Origin: Bacteroidota bacterium
GTDB lineage: Bacteria > Bacteroidota > Bacteroidia > UKL13-3
NCBI GenBank assembly: GCA_947459415.1
Contig: CANHDN010000003.1
Coordinates: 1-54,224, forward strand
Length of the DNA stretch: 54,224 nucleotides
Direction of reading: 5' to 3'
The number at the start of each line of letters is the position of its first letter. Position 1 is the stretch's first letter. The position numbers were made by a program, and so were the translations under genes. Under the pieces are notes generated by a model. That model was given only the letters and a program-made list of their open reading frames with translations, did no database searches and was not told where the DNA came from. Positions 29,758 through 39,498 of this stretch are shown in pieces.

Positions 29758-29785
29758 GGTCTATGGTCTATGGTCTATAGACTAT
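29758..29785. repeat. Tandem heptamer repeat GGTCTAT x3 plus a variant AGACTAT
   Basis: Direct reading gives 29758..29764, 29765..29771 and 29772..29778 identical, and 29779..29785 variant. The repeat lies between the glmM stop (29787) and the ychF start (29737). Confidence 0.9.
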
Positions 29786-29786
29786 T

Positions 29787-31202
29787 TCATGATTTAATAA
29801 ATTGTTTCATGTCTGAGATTAACTTTTCAGCCAAACTATTGGCAGTATTTTCACTCTGACTTTCTGCATAAATTCTTATAATAGGTTCCGTATTTGATCT
29901 CCTTAAATGAACCCATTCTTTATCAAATTCTATTTTTAATCCATCCACCTCATTAATTGGCTGCTTTTTGTACTTTTCTTTTACTTGTGCCAATAATCGA
30001 TCAATATCAATCTCAGGAGTAAGTTCTATTTTCTTTTTTGCAATCGTATAATCTGGGTAACTTGCCCTTAGCATAGAACAAATTTTACCATACTTAGCAA
30101 GGTGAGATAAAAACAAAGCAATTCCTACTAATGAATCACGCCCATAATGCAATTCTGGGAAAATAATTCCACCATTGCCCTCGCCGCCAATCACAGCGTG
30201 AGTATCTTTCATCATTTTAACCACATTCACTTCACCTACGGCACTGGCAGAATAAGTACCACCGTGTTTTTCAGTAATATCGCGGAGTGCGCGGGTCGAA
30301 GATAAATTTGAAACAGAATTTCTCTTGTAACCTAATCTGTTTAATTTTTCCTCACTCGTATTTTTTAAGACATAATCTGCGATAGAGACCAAGGTGTATT
30401 CTTCTCCAAACATACTTCCATCTTCACTAACTAATGCTAATCTATCCACATCAGGATCTACCACAATACCTAAATCTGCATGATTCCTTCTTACCTCGCC
30501 AGAAATTGCTGTAAGATTTTCTGGTAATGGTTCAGGATTATGAGGGAATTTACCATCAGGAGTGCAATAAATCTCAATAATATCCTCTACGCCTAAGGCT
30601 CTTAATAATTGCGGAACTGCAATTCCTCCTGTTGAATTAACTGCATCTACAACCACCTTGAATTTTTTAGCTTTAATGGCTTCAATATCTACTAAATCTA
30701 TCTCTAAAATGGCTTGAATATGTTTCTGAATATATGAATCATCTTCAGTGCATTTTCCTAATTTATCTACCTCAGCAAATTCAATTTTATTGCTATCTGC
30801 CAATGAAAGCACTTCTCTTCCTATTTCATCAGAAATAAATTCTCCCCTATTATTCAATAGTTTTAAGGCATTCCATTGTTTAGGATTATGACTTGCTGTT
30901 AAAATAATCCCGCCTTGAGCTGACTCCATTACTACAGCCATTTCTACCGTTGGAGTTGTGCTAAGTCCAAGATCAATCACATCAATTCCAAGTCCCATTA
31001 AGGTACCGCATACCAATGAATTTACCATTTCTCCGGATATTCTTGCATCTCTCCCAACCACAATTTTACAACTGCTATGATTTTGCTTCATTAAATAGCC
31101 GAATGCTGCCGTATACTTAACAATATCAAATGGAGTTAGTGCATCGCCTGCTTTACCTCCAATGGTTCCTCTAATGCCGGATATAGATTTTATTAAAGTC
31201 AA
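29787..31202 (-). CDS. glmM: Phosphoglucosamine mutase / phosphohexomutase (TTG start)
   Basis: SGIRGTIGG, the active-site block TASHNPKQWNALK, the Mg site VDPDVDR, and GGEGNGG are present. The ~470-aa length is typical of the Bacteroidota GlmM type. Confidence 0.85.
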   Translation of the reverse strand: MTLIKSISGIRGTIGGKAGDALTPFDIVKYTAAFGYLMKQNHSSCKIVVGRDARISGEMVNSLVCGTLMGLGIDVIDLGLSTTPTVEMAVVMESAQGGIILTASHNPKQWNALKLLNNRGEFISDEIGREVLSLADSNKIEFAEVDKLGKCTEDDSYIQKHIQAILEIDLVDIEAIKAKKFKVVVDAVNSTGGIAVPQLLRALGVEDIIEIYCTPDGKFPHNPEPLPENLTAISGEVRRNHADLGIVVDPDVDRLALVSEDGSMFGEEYTLVSIADYVLKNTSEEKLNRLGYKRNSVSNLSSTRALRDITEKHGGTYSASAVGEVNVVKMMKDTHAVIGGEGNGGIIFPELHYGRDSLVGIALFLSHLAKYGKICSMLRASYPDYTIAKKKIELTPEIDIDRLLAQVKEKYKKQPINEVDGLKIEFDKEWVHLRRSNTEPIIRIYAESQSENTANSLAEKLISDMKQFIKS

Positions 31203-31316
31203 TTTTATAGAAATTTAGGCTGCAAAAATAGGCCTTCGCAGCTTAATATACATTTGTACTTTAAAATTCAATTATAATAGCTTCATAATGAAGCAAATTA
31301 AATAAAAAAAAGCAAG

Positions 31317-33011
31317 CTAAAAATCGTAATTCCGTTGGTTTACATTAAGCCTTATGCCTATCGTAAAGTATGATGTTTCACTATTAAATTGATTCAAACT
31401 TGCACTTGTGGCTCTATAACCTATTTTAAAATCAACAAACATATTATGAAAGGCCATATAACTAGCCGTTATATCTCCCATTACTAATTTAGTTAATACA
31501 CCTTGCCCAATAAAATTACCATACATAGCGGAAGAATGCGTCCTATAACTCAACCTTGGGTCCTTCCCAAAATTACTTCCATTTGTATCATTGCCATATT
31601 GTGCAATAATACACTTACCCCAAATATGTATACGCTGAGTGGGTTGATATCTTATCATTACGATCCCTTCTTTAAAATTAGCTCCTAAGGGATGCGCCAT
31701 AAACTGCCTGAAATTACTAAAAGACTGCGCAGCACTATAGCTAGTGTATTGAAATGGTCGAGCAAAATTATATTCTGTTTGAAAATCTAAATTTTTAATT
31801 CCAAATACATCAATATATTTTAATCCAGTTTGAATTGCATATTTATTGTGCATCCATCCCCTATTATTCACCAGCTCTTTTAATACAAACTCAGATATTA
31901 CAATTTGTCCGTACAAGGAAAAATGACGCAAAAAATTATATTTATAATTCATGCCAATGATTGCCTTATCTGTACTATTTAAACCATTTTCAACGGATTT
32001 ATAAAATATGACTGGATTCAAATAATTAGGGTCAAAACCGCTTCTTGCATGTCCGCTATCTCTTTGAAATAAGATGGTTTCAAACAAGCCAATATTAAAA
32101 TTCTTGCTAAGATTCAGGCTCAAGTGATGTGTTGCCATATAATGCCTCGGTTGAGCGGCATATGATGCAGAAATTGGATCACGCAATTCAGCCCAAATAT
32201 TGGTATAATTCATTTTCCAAATCCGAGTATTTAATCGCATCGATAAATATTCGGGATGCATATCACCCAAAATAAAACTTCTATAACCATCCCCAATAAA
32301 ATTGCGGTAATGGCCAAATTGCAAATCCATGTATTTATTGAATGATGCTGTTACATAAGCATTAGATAAAAAATACCCTAAATAGGTATCATATCCCTTT
32401 ACAAAGTTGGCATACAATAGTGTTTTATCTTTTTCATAATAATCTCCTACCCAACTGTATGGCTTTAAAATCTCATCACTAATACTGGTGTAAAAACCGA
32501 TTCTATCACCAACATTACCTCGAATTTCTACTCCGCGATTATTGATAAGTGCATATCGTCCATTCCATTTATCTGTAGAAACTTGATAATACAATACAGG
32601 ATTAACAATTAGGTTAAAATCTGAAACAGACGCATGATATAAGGCAGCTTTTCGGCGATACAATGTTTTACTCAATCTACGTTTATTCAATCCAATTTGC
32701 CTATTACTCCATTCAAAATTGTCTGTAATTAGATAATCCATATTAAAGTAATCAACAGAACTTAATCCTACTTTACCCACCGAAAAACTGTCAATATAAT
32801 TCGCAATGGATTTTCTTCTGTAACTTTTCATAGTGCTATGAAAATGATCATTGGCTAATTCACCTGATTTTATTTCTAATCTATCTAAAATATGTTGACT
32901 AATTCCACCGGTTGGAATATAGGTATGTTGTGCATATATAGCCTGAATACAGGCAAAAAACACAATAAGAATTTTAACAAATAAGTTCATATTGAGTTGA
33001 GTTGATTTCAT
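31317..33011 (-). CDS. Outer-membrane beta-barrel protein, possibly capsule-assembly Wzi family
   Basis: It has a signal peptide (MNLFVKILIVFFACIQAIYAQ), aromatic-rich alternating beta-strand sequence and a terminal F. The HILDRLEIKSG block recalls Wzi-like proteins, from memory only. I chose the start at ATG 33011 (the track gives 33035); ATG 32990 is also possible. Confidence 0.55.
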   Translation of the reverse strand: MKSTQLNMNLFVKILIVFFACIQAIYAQHTYIPTGGISQHILDRLEIKSGELANDHFHSTMKSYRRKSIANYIDSFSVGKVGLSSVDYFNMDYLITDNFEWSNRQIGLNKRRLSKTLYRRKAALYHASVSDFNLIVNPVLYYQVSTDKWNGRYALINNRGVEIRGNVGDRIGFYTSISDEILKPYSWVGDYYEKDKTLLYANFVKGYDTYLGYFLSNAYVTASFNKYMDLQFGHYRNFIGDGYRSFILGDMHPEYLSMRLNTRIWKMNYTNIWAELRDPISASYAAQPRHYMATHHLSLNLSKNFNIGLFETILFQRDSGHARSGFDPNYLNPVIFYKSVENGLNSTDKAIIGMNYKYNFLRHFSLYGQIVISEFVLKELVNNRGWMHNKYAIQTGLKYIDVFGIKNLDFQTEYNFARPFQYTSYSAAQSFSNFRQFMAHPLGANFKEGIVMIRYQPTQRIHIWGKCIIAQYGNDTNGSNFGKDPRLSYRTHSSAMYGNFIGQGVLTKLVMGDITASYMAFHNMFVDFKIGYRATSASLNQFNSETSYFTIGIRLNVNQRNYDF

Positions 33012-33012
33012 G

Positions 33013-33957
33013 TTAAAAATCGCTGTTTTGATCACCCATTTCCTGAAAATTAATCATTGGAGGTTCTCCCAGTGCATATAATATTTTCATAATCTCTTGT
33101 TGCTTATGAGTCTTATTTAGTTTTTGATAAGCAGATGCTAGGTTCCTGAGTATACGTTTTATCATATCTAAATTTGAGCATGGAACTAAAAAATCTTTGT
33201 TAGCGGTAACATTAATTTGTTGCAAAAATTGCTCTAAATTAGTTTTCGAAAAAATAGTTCCACCATTAAAGGCATTAATATAAAACAAAATCTTTCCAGT
33301 ATTGCTTAACATATCTTCAATATCATTAAAGCGCATGGCTGTATAACTTGTTCCAATTTCCTCTAAGTAAGCCAAAACAAAGTGTTGAGGTAAATTAACC
33401 CCGTATACAGGTATATTTAATCGTTGCGCAATCAAAACATAAATGGTTGCCAACAATATTGGATTACCTTTTTTTGATTCTAATACTTGATTTATAAATG
33501 AGTTTGATGGATCATGGTAATTATCTACATTCCCCTTAAAGCCATGAATCTGATATAGGATATAGTTGATAATCCTAACCTTTTCATAAGGGCTCATTTC
33601 AAAATTCATTTCTAACCAAACATCAAGTCTCAACTTTTCAATGGCATTTATTAATAACTGCTTATTGTAATCTGGAAATCGATACTTACAAATCAGATAA
33701 ACCCCTTGTAAAAGATCTTGCTCTTTGGTTGCTTTCCAAGCTAAAAATTCTTGCAATAGTTCATTTAATTGCAATTGATGAATGATATTCTCTAGTCTTT
33801 GTTGGTGATAAATATCCTTTAACTCTCCCCATTCCTCCTCCAAAAAAGGTATTACTTGTCTTCCTAAAGACAATAACTTTTGCTCAATATGCTGAAAAAC
33901 TTCTGGATCATCGTCATCTAAAAGAGCAATCAAAGACCTTAACTCAGAATCATTCAT
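33013..33957 (-). CDS. SirB1/YchA-like transglutaminase-like plus TPR-like protein
   Basis: The GNPILLATIYVLIAQRLNIPVYGVNLPQHFVL block is typical of the SirB1 N-terminal (transglutaminase-like) family. Confidence 0.65.
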   Translation of the reverse strand: MNDSELRSLIALLDDDDPEVFQHIEQKLLSLGRQVIPFLEEEWGELKDIYHQQRLENIIHQLQLNELLQEFLAWKATKEQDLLQGVYLICKYRFPDYNKQLLINAIEKLRLDVWLEMNFEMSPYEKVRIINYILYQIHGFKGNVDNYHDPSNSFINQVLESKKGNPILLATIYVLIAQRLNIPVYGVNLPQHFVLAYLEEIGTSYTAMRFNDIEDMLSNTGKILFYINAFNGGTIFSKTNLEQFLQQINVTANKDFLVPCSNLDMIKRILRNLASAYQKLNKTHKQQEIMKILYALGEPPMINFQEMGDQNSDF

Positions 33958-33985
33958 ATTTGGCTATGCTATTTTTTTTCTAAAC

Positions 33986-36391
33986 TCAAGTTTTAGCTTT
34001 CTTAACAGCTATCTTTTTAGCCGCAGCTTTTTTGGGTGCTATCGCTTTTTTGGGAGCCACCGCTTTTTTAGGAGCTGTTGCTTTTACCGGTGCTTTTTTA
34101 CCCGAACTCTTTTCTTCTGCCTCAATTATTTCTGAAACCAATGCGAAAGTTAGCTCTTCTAACTTCTGTGTTTTAGCTAATTTATAATTCTCTTTTCCTT
34201 TAGATATGTATGGCCCCCAACGACCATTTAAAATTTTCACTTCAGGATCTTCCTCGAAAGTCTTTAAGAGTTTGTTTGCATCAGCAACTCTTTTACCTTC
34301 AATTAATTCAATGGCTCGTGTTTCATCAATAGCAAATACATCATCAGTTTTTGGAATGCTAACAAATTTACTGTTGTGAACTAAATAAGGACCAAATCTA
34401 CCAATTGCAGCCTTAATGTCCTTTCCTTCAAAATTGCCTACCAATCGAGGTAACTTGAATAATTCTAATGCATCTTCTAAAGTTATCGTTTCTGTTAATT
34501 GGCCTGCTCGTAAACTTGCATATCTAGGCTTTAGACTCTCATCATCGGTACTTTCACCTATTTGAGCAAATGGACCATATCTTCCCAACTTAACAAAAAC
34601 AGGTTTTCCACTTTCTGGATCTATACCTAAATTACGTTCAGCATTTTGCCTTTCTGCATTCTCACTTGTTGTAGTAACAGTGGCATGAAATGGACCATAA
34701 AACTTTTCAATCATTTTATTCCAAACCAACTGGCCCCTGGCTATTTTGTCGAATTCTTCTTCTACCGAGGCTGTAAAACCAAAATCCATTATTTGCTCGA
34801 AATGTTTACTTAAAAAATCTGTTACTATCATTCCAATGTCACTTGGAAAAAGTTTAGACTTTTCACTTGCAAACTTCTCTATTTTCTCTTGGCGCTGAAT
34901 GCCATTATCTTTCAAGGTAATCTGAATAAAATTACGCTCTTTTCCTTCTCTATCTTCCTTCACCACGTATCCACGTTTTTGAATAGTAGAAATTGTTGGA
35001 GCATAGGTAGACGGCCTGCCAATTCCCAGTTCTTCCAGACGTTTAACTAAACTCGCTTCTGTATATCTTGCAGCAGGCCGAGTGTATTTTTCTGTTGCTT
35101 GAATTTGAATCAAATTTAAATCTTCACCAATTTTTAATGGAGGCAACATTTTACTACCTTCATCCTCATTATCATCATCTGTACTCTCCAAATAAACTTT
35201 TAAAAACCCATCAAATTTTAACACTTCCCCTGTTGCAACAAATTGTTCAGAAACATCAGATATCGTAATAGTGGCAACTGTTTTTTCAATCTGCGCTTTA
35301 GCCATTTGTGATGCAATTGCACGTTTGTAAATCAAATCATACAAGCGCTTTTCTTGAGGTGTCCCATCAATTTCAATATTTTCAAAATAAGTAGGTCTTA
35401 TAGCCTCATGTGCTTCCTGAGCACTATCGTTTTTAGTAGTATATCGCATGGGCCTGCTATACTTTTCTCCAAAGTTTTCACTGATGTAATTTTTGGCACT
35501 TGCAATAGCCATTTCAGACAAGTTTACGCTGTCTGTTCTCATGTAAGTGATTAAACCGTGTTCATATAACTTTTGCGCGATACTCATTGTAGTGCTCACA
35601 CCATAACCCATTTTTCTACTTGCCTCCTGCTGTAAGGTAGAAGTTGTAAAAGGGGGTGCAGGTGATTTTTCACTAGGCTTTACCTCTAAATTTTTAATGG
35701 TAAACGATGCCTGATTACAACGCTCTAAAAATGCTTGTGCCTCTTTTTCAGTTTCAAACCTTTTACCTAATTCTGCCTCCATTTGCTTCCCACCTACATT
35801 AAAAAGGGCAAGCACACGAAAAGCAGAATGGTAGTTGAATGCGTTAATTTCCCTTTCTCTATCAACAATTAACCTAACTGCAACAGATTGAACCCTTCCA
35901 GCACTTAAATTAGATTTTACTTTCCTCCACAAAACTGGAGATAATTCAAAACCAACCAACCTATCTAACACGCGCCTTGCTTGTTGAGCATCTACTAAAT
36001 TCTTATCAATACCTCTCGGATTTTCAATTGCTTTCAATATGGCTGGCTTTGTAATTTCATGAAAAACAATCCTTTTAGTTTTTTTATCATCTAAATTTAG
36101 AACCTCACTTAAATGCCAGCTAATCGCTTCTCCCTCACGGTCTTCATCGGATGCTAACCAAACCATTTGTGCTTCTTTCGAGAGCTTTTTTAACTCAGCT
36201 ACTATTGCCTTTTTATCATCATTTACCTCGTAGGTAGGAGAGAAATCACCTTTTACATTGATGGCATCATCTCCCTTTGCCAGATCACGAATGTGGCCAA
36301 AACAACTTTTAACAGTATAATCGCTCCCTAAAAACTTCTCAATGGTTTTTGCCTTAGCAGGCGACTCAACAATTACAAGGTTCTTACTCAT
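33986..36391 (-). CDS. topA: DNA topoisomerase I (type IA) with Lys/Ala/Pro-rich repeat tail
   Basis: The Toprim N-terminus is LVIVESPAKAKTIEKFLG with DEDREGEAISWH. The active-site Tyr region is LITYMRTDS. There are C-terminal Topo_C repeats (RYGPF, RFGPY, RWGPY). Confidence 0.95.
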   Translation of the reverse strand: MSKNLVIVESPAKAKTIEKFLGSDYTVKSCFGHIRDLAKGDDAINVKGDFSPTYEVNDDKKAIVAELKKLSKEAQMVWLASDEDREGEAISWHLSEVLNLDDKKTKRIVFHEITKPAILKAIENPRGIDKNLVDAQQARRVLDRLVGFELSPVLWRKVKSNLSAGRVQSVAVRLIVDREREINAFNYHSAFRVLALFNVGGKQMEAELGKRFETEKEAQAFLERCNQASFTIKNLEVKPSEKSPAPPFTTSTLQQEASRKMGYGVSTTMSIAQKLYEHGLITYMRTDSVNLSEMAIASAKNYISENFGEKYSRPMRYTTKNDSAQEAHEAIRPTYFENIEIDGTPQEKRLYDLIYKRAIASQMAKAQIEKTVATITISDVSEQFVATGEVLKFDGFLKVYLESTDDDNEDEGSKMLPPLKIGEDLNLIQIQATEKYTRPAARYTEASLVKRLEELGIGRPSTYAPTISTIQKRGYVVKEDREGKERNFIQITLKDNGIQRQEKIEKFASEKSKLFPSDIGMIVTDFLSKHFEQIMDFGFTASVEEEFDKIARGQLVWNKMIEKFYGPFHATVTTTSENAERQNAERNLGIDPESGKPVFVKLGRYGPFAQIGESTDDESLKPRYASLRAGQLTETITLEDALELFKLPRLVGNFEGKDIKAAIGRFGPYLVHNSKFVSIPKTDDVFAIDETRAIELIEGKRVADANKLLKTFEEDPEVKILNGRWGPYISKGKENYKLAKTQKLEELTFALVSEIIEAEEKSSGKKAPVKATAPKKAVAPKKAIAPKKAAAKKIAVKKAKT

Positions 36392-36477
36392 CTTTACTTT
36401 TTCTCTCTTTTAAAATCGACTTTATTTTGCAATCATACATTGCAAATATTGGGCACAATATCTGAATTCAATTTCTT

Positions 36478-36512
36478 AAAAAAAACAAAAAGCCGCATAT
36501 ATGCGGCTTTTT
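36478..36512 (-). terminator. Rho-independent (bidirectional-looking) terminator downstream of the M43 protease gene
   Basis: There is a perfect palindrome AGCCGCATATATGCGGCT (36491..36508). It is flanked by an A-run on the plus strand (a T-run on the minus strand) and by TTTT, and lies 18 nt after the stop at 36530. Confidence 0.75.
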
Positions 36513-36529
36513 ACGTTTACATGGATAGT

Positions 36530-38368
36530 TTATTCTATCCAAATTTTATGTACAAACATCCCATTTTCGGTCTTTACAGACACCAAATACAACCCTGAGT
36601 ACAAGTCTTTTACATTAAACTGCAATTCTTTTGCTCCTTCACTTAAATCTCCAACAAAAATTTCTTTTATTTTTTTTCCTTGTAAATCTACAATTTCAAT
36701 CTCAAATCGTTGATTTTTTGAATTTGTAAAGCTTAAATTACTTACTCCTTGACTCGGATTTGGGAATAATGAAAAATTCATTTCACTTTTTAATTGCTCA
36801 CCTACACTCGTTGGTTCATCTACCTTAAATTCATCTATATAAATATTATTACCTCTTAAAGATTGAAGTTCAAATCTAACCCTCAGATTGGTGTAAGATT
36901 TATAGGGCGATAAATCAATGGTATACTTTTTCCATTCGCTGCTAGTTGGAATAAAGGCACTTGTAGAGGTAGGTCCGCTAGACAATTCTGCAGATAGAAT
37001 AGTTCTTGCCAATACTTCGGTTCGGCCAAAATTATCTGAAATAAAAACCCTCAATCTATCACCACTTGCTGTACTTCTTCTTGCATAAGAGGCATAAAAA
37101 CTAAGTGTTGGGTTTTTTAATTGGCTGATATCGATATTAGGAGAAGAAAATGCATTTCTCACATTGGTTCTCCATGTTTTTAGATTCATAGCTGCCATAC
37201 ATCCTGACCCAACTAAACTCACACTATTATTAATTTGCCATCCGCTATCTCCCGGACACATGTAATTTTCTTGAATCCAACCAGTACCTGCTAAACTGCT
37301 AACATCATAACCAAAATAATAAGGAGCTTTAACATTGGAAGGTGTTAAAGTTTTATATGATCCATCTGCATTAATTCCGGCAGCATTTAAATTGGTTGAA
37401 CTATAAATATTTGCTCTAAAATTAGGCATAATAGAATTAATCCTAGCTTTTTGACCTGGAGTAAACATATTCATGCAATTACCATCTGCATAGTCCATAT
37501 AATTTTTAACCAAATCTGGTAAATTGGGAACATCATTTGAACAAGAATTGCGAGAACCAGGACAACCTGTGGTAGCAGTTGAAACTGGCGGCGTATCGCA
37601 TACTTGATCCCCTTGAGATAAACAATTAGAGCTTGTACCACCAACACAACCGCCCTGAAATGGATGATATAAGCCAACCCAATGACCTGCTTCATGCGTA
37701 AAGGTTCTTCCCTGCTGAGATAAATCAACGTTTTCAATCACTCCCATTTGATCAGCTCTCATCATAACGCCATCTGTACTAGTTTGAGAGTTAATTTGAA
37801 AGGGAAATTGGGCGTAACCTAATACAATTGAACCAGGAGTACCACCAGAATTATTAATGGTGTTAACTACCCAAACATTAAAATACTTTCTTGCATCCCA
37901 ATAACTAATTGATTTTTGTGCATCTCTCGCATTATCTGTACTTAAAGTATATATTCTATTTACTCCATTTGTTGGCAAACCGTTTGGGTTAAATTGAGCC
38001 AATCTAAATTCAATTTCAATATCAGTGGCTAATGGATCCGTACTACTTCCTCCATTTGTTCCACTCATTTTCCTAAAATCTTCATTTAAAACTCTAATGG
38101 CGTCATTTAATTGCGCCTGTGAAATATTTTCTAATCCATGTTTGTGTAAAATATGGAAAACAACTGGGACATATCTTACCGTATTTTTTTTATTCTGAAT
38201 AGGCAATTTCGCTGCCATTTCACCTGCAACCTGTTGCTCTTTTATTAGCTCAGGAAACTGCTTTAAACTTTCTAAAAACATTTCATCAGTAGCACACTTA
38301 TTTACCAATTGTGCATGCGCAGAATTTGCTATGAAGTATGTTGCTGCAATCAAAAAAAATTTCTTCAT
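36530..38368 (-). CDS. M43 (pappalysin-like) zinc metalloprotease with T9SS C-terminal sorting domain
   Basis: It has a signal peptide and the zinc motif HEAGHWVGLYHPF. The middle region is Cys-rich. The C-terminus FSLFPNPSQGVSNLSF...GLYLVSVKTENGMFVHKIWIE is a T9SS CTD. Confidence 0.85.
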   Translation of the reverse strand: MKKFFLIAATYFIANSAHAQLVNKCATDEMFLESLKQFPELIKEQQVAGEMAAKLPIQNKKNTVRYVPVVFHILHKHGLENISQAQLNDAIRVLNEDFRKMSGTNGGSSTDPLATDIEIEFRLAQFNPNGLPTNGVNRIYTLSTDNARDAQKSISYWDARKYFNVWVVNTINNSGGTPGSIVLGYAQFPFQINSQTSTDGVMMRADQMGVIENVDLSQQGRTFTHEAGHWVGLYHPFQGGCVGGTSSNCLSQGDQVCDTPPVSTATTGCPGSRNSCSNDVPNLPDLVKNYMDYADGNCMNMFTPGQKARINSIMPNFRANIYSSTNLNAAGINADGSYKTLTPSNVKAPYYFGYDVSSLAGTGWIQENYMCPGDSGWQINNSVSLVGSGCMAAMNLKTWRTNVRNAFSSPNIDISQLKNPTLSFYASYARRSTASGDRLRVFISDNFGRTEVLARTILSAELSSGPTSTSAFIPTSSEWKKYTIDLSPYKSYTNLRVRFELQSLRGNNIYIDEFKVDEPTSVGEQLKSEMNFSLFPNPSQGVSNLSFTNSKNQRFEIEIVDLQGKKIKEIFVGDLSEGAKELQFNVKDLYSGLYLVSVKTENGMFVHKIWIE

Positions 38369-38409
38369 GTATAAATATTTTATCTATTTTATTCTTACAA
38401 ACAACAAAT

Positions 38410-39498
38410 CTACGAAAAAGGTTGCATTTTATAGCTAGCATTCCTTAGATAATGATCAACTATGACCAAAGCAGCCATCGCTTCAACAATTGGAACCGCG
38501 CGAGGTACAACACAAGAATCATGCCTACCTGCTATACTAAAATTTACCTGATCAAGCGATTTAGTGATGCTTTCTTGTTCATGTTTAATGGATGCAACAG
38601 GTTTAAATGCGACTCTAAAAAATATATCCTCACCATTACTAATACCACCTTGTATACCTCCGCTATTATTTGTTTTGGTTCGAACCTCAGATTCATCTAA
38701 CCTAAAAGCATCATTCAATTCACTTCCCTTTCGCACAACTGAATCAAATCCAGATCCGATATCAAAACCTTTTACAGCATTAATACTCAACATAGCTTTT
38801 CCCAAATCTGCATGAAGTTTATCAAAAACAGGCTCTCCTAATCCAACAGGAACTCCCTTTATGACACAACTTACAATTCCACCTAAACTATCTCCCTCAT
38901 CTTTTGCTTTTAAAATAGCATCTTCCATCCATTTAGCTGCTTCCGGATCCGGACAACGTACCATATTAGTTTCGGTTTGATCCAAATTTAAATTAAAGTA
39001 TGGCTGTTGAACCTGGATAGTATGTATTTGAGAAACATATGCTTGGATATAAATTCCAAGTTTATTTAAGATCATTTTAGCAAATGAGCCCGCTAAAACC
39101 CGAGCAACTGTTTCCCTTGCCGATTGCCTACCTCCTCCTCTATGATCTCTAATTCCATATTTTGCCTCATAGGTATAATCTGCATGAGATGGTCTGAAAA
39201 TATTTTTGATAACATCATAATCAGATGATTTAATGTCTGAATTTCTTACCAAAATGGCAATGGGAGTACCCAAGGTTTTACCTTCAAAAACGCCGCTTAA
39301 TATCTCAAATTCTTCAGTTTCATTGCGCGGAGAACTCACCAAACTTTGGCCAGGTTTTCTGCGCAGTAAATCTCTCTTTATCAGCTCAAAATCTACTTCA
39401 ATATTGGGCAAACAACCATCTATTACCACACCAATGGCCGAACCATGGCTTTCACCAAACGAACTAATTGTAAAAATCTTACCAAATAAATTACTCAT
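38410..39498 (-). CDS. aroC: Chorismate synthase
   Basis: FGESHG, GRHDSCVVPRAVPIVEAM, RPGHADYTY-like (RPSHADYTYEAKYG) and GGGRQSARET are canonical AroC blocks. Confidence 0.95.
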   Translation of the reverse strand: MSNLFGKIFTISSFGESHGSAIGVVIDGCLPNIEVDFELIKRDLLRRKPGQSLVSSPRNETEEFEILSGVFEGKTLGTPIAILVRNSDIKSSDYDVIKNIFRPSHADYTYEAKYGIRDHRGGGRQSARETVARVLAGSFAKMILNKLGIYIQAYVSQIHTIQVQQPYFNLNLDQTETNMVRCPDPEAAKWMEDAILKAKDEGDSLGGIVSCVIKGVPVGLGEPVFDKLHADLGKAMLSINAVKGFDIGSGFDSVVRKGSELNDAFRLDESEVRTKTNNSGGIQGGISNGEDIFFRVAFKPVASIKHEQESITKSLDQVNFSIAGRHDSCVVPRAVPIVEAMAALVIVDHYLRNASYKMQPFS

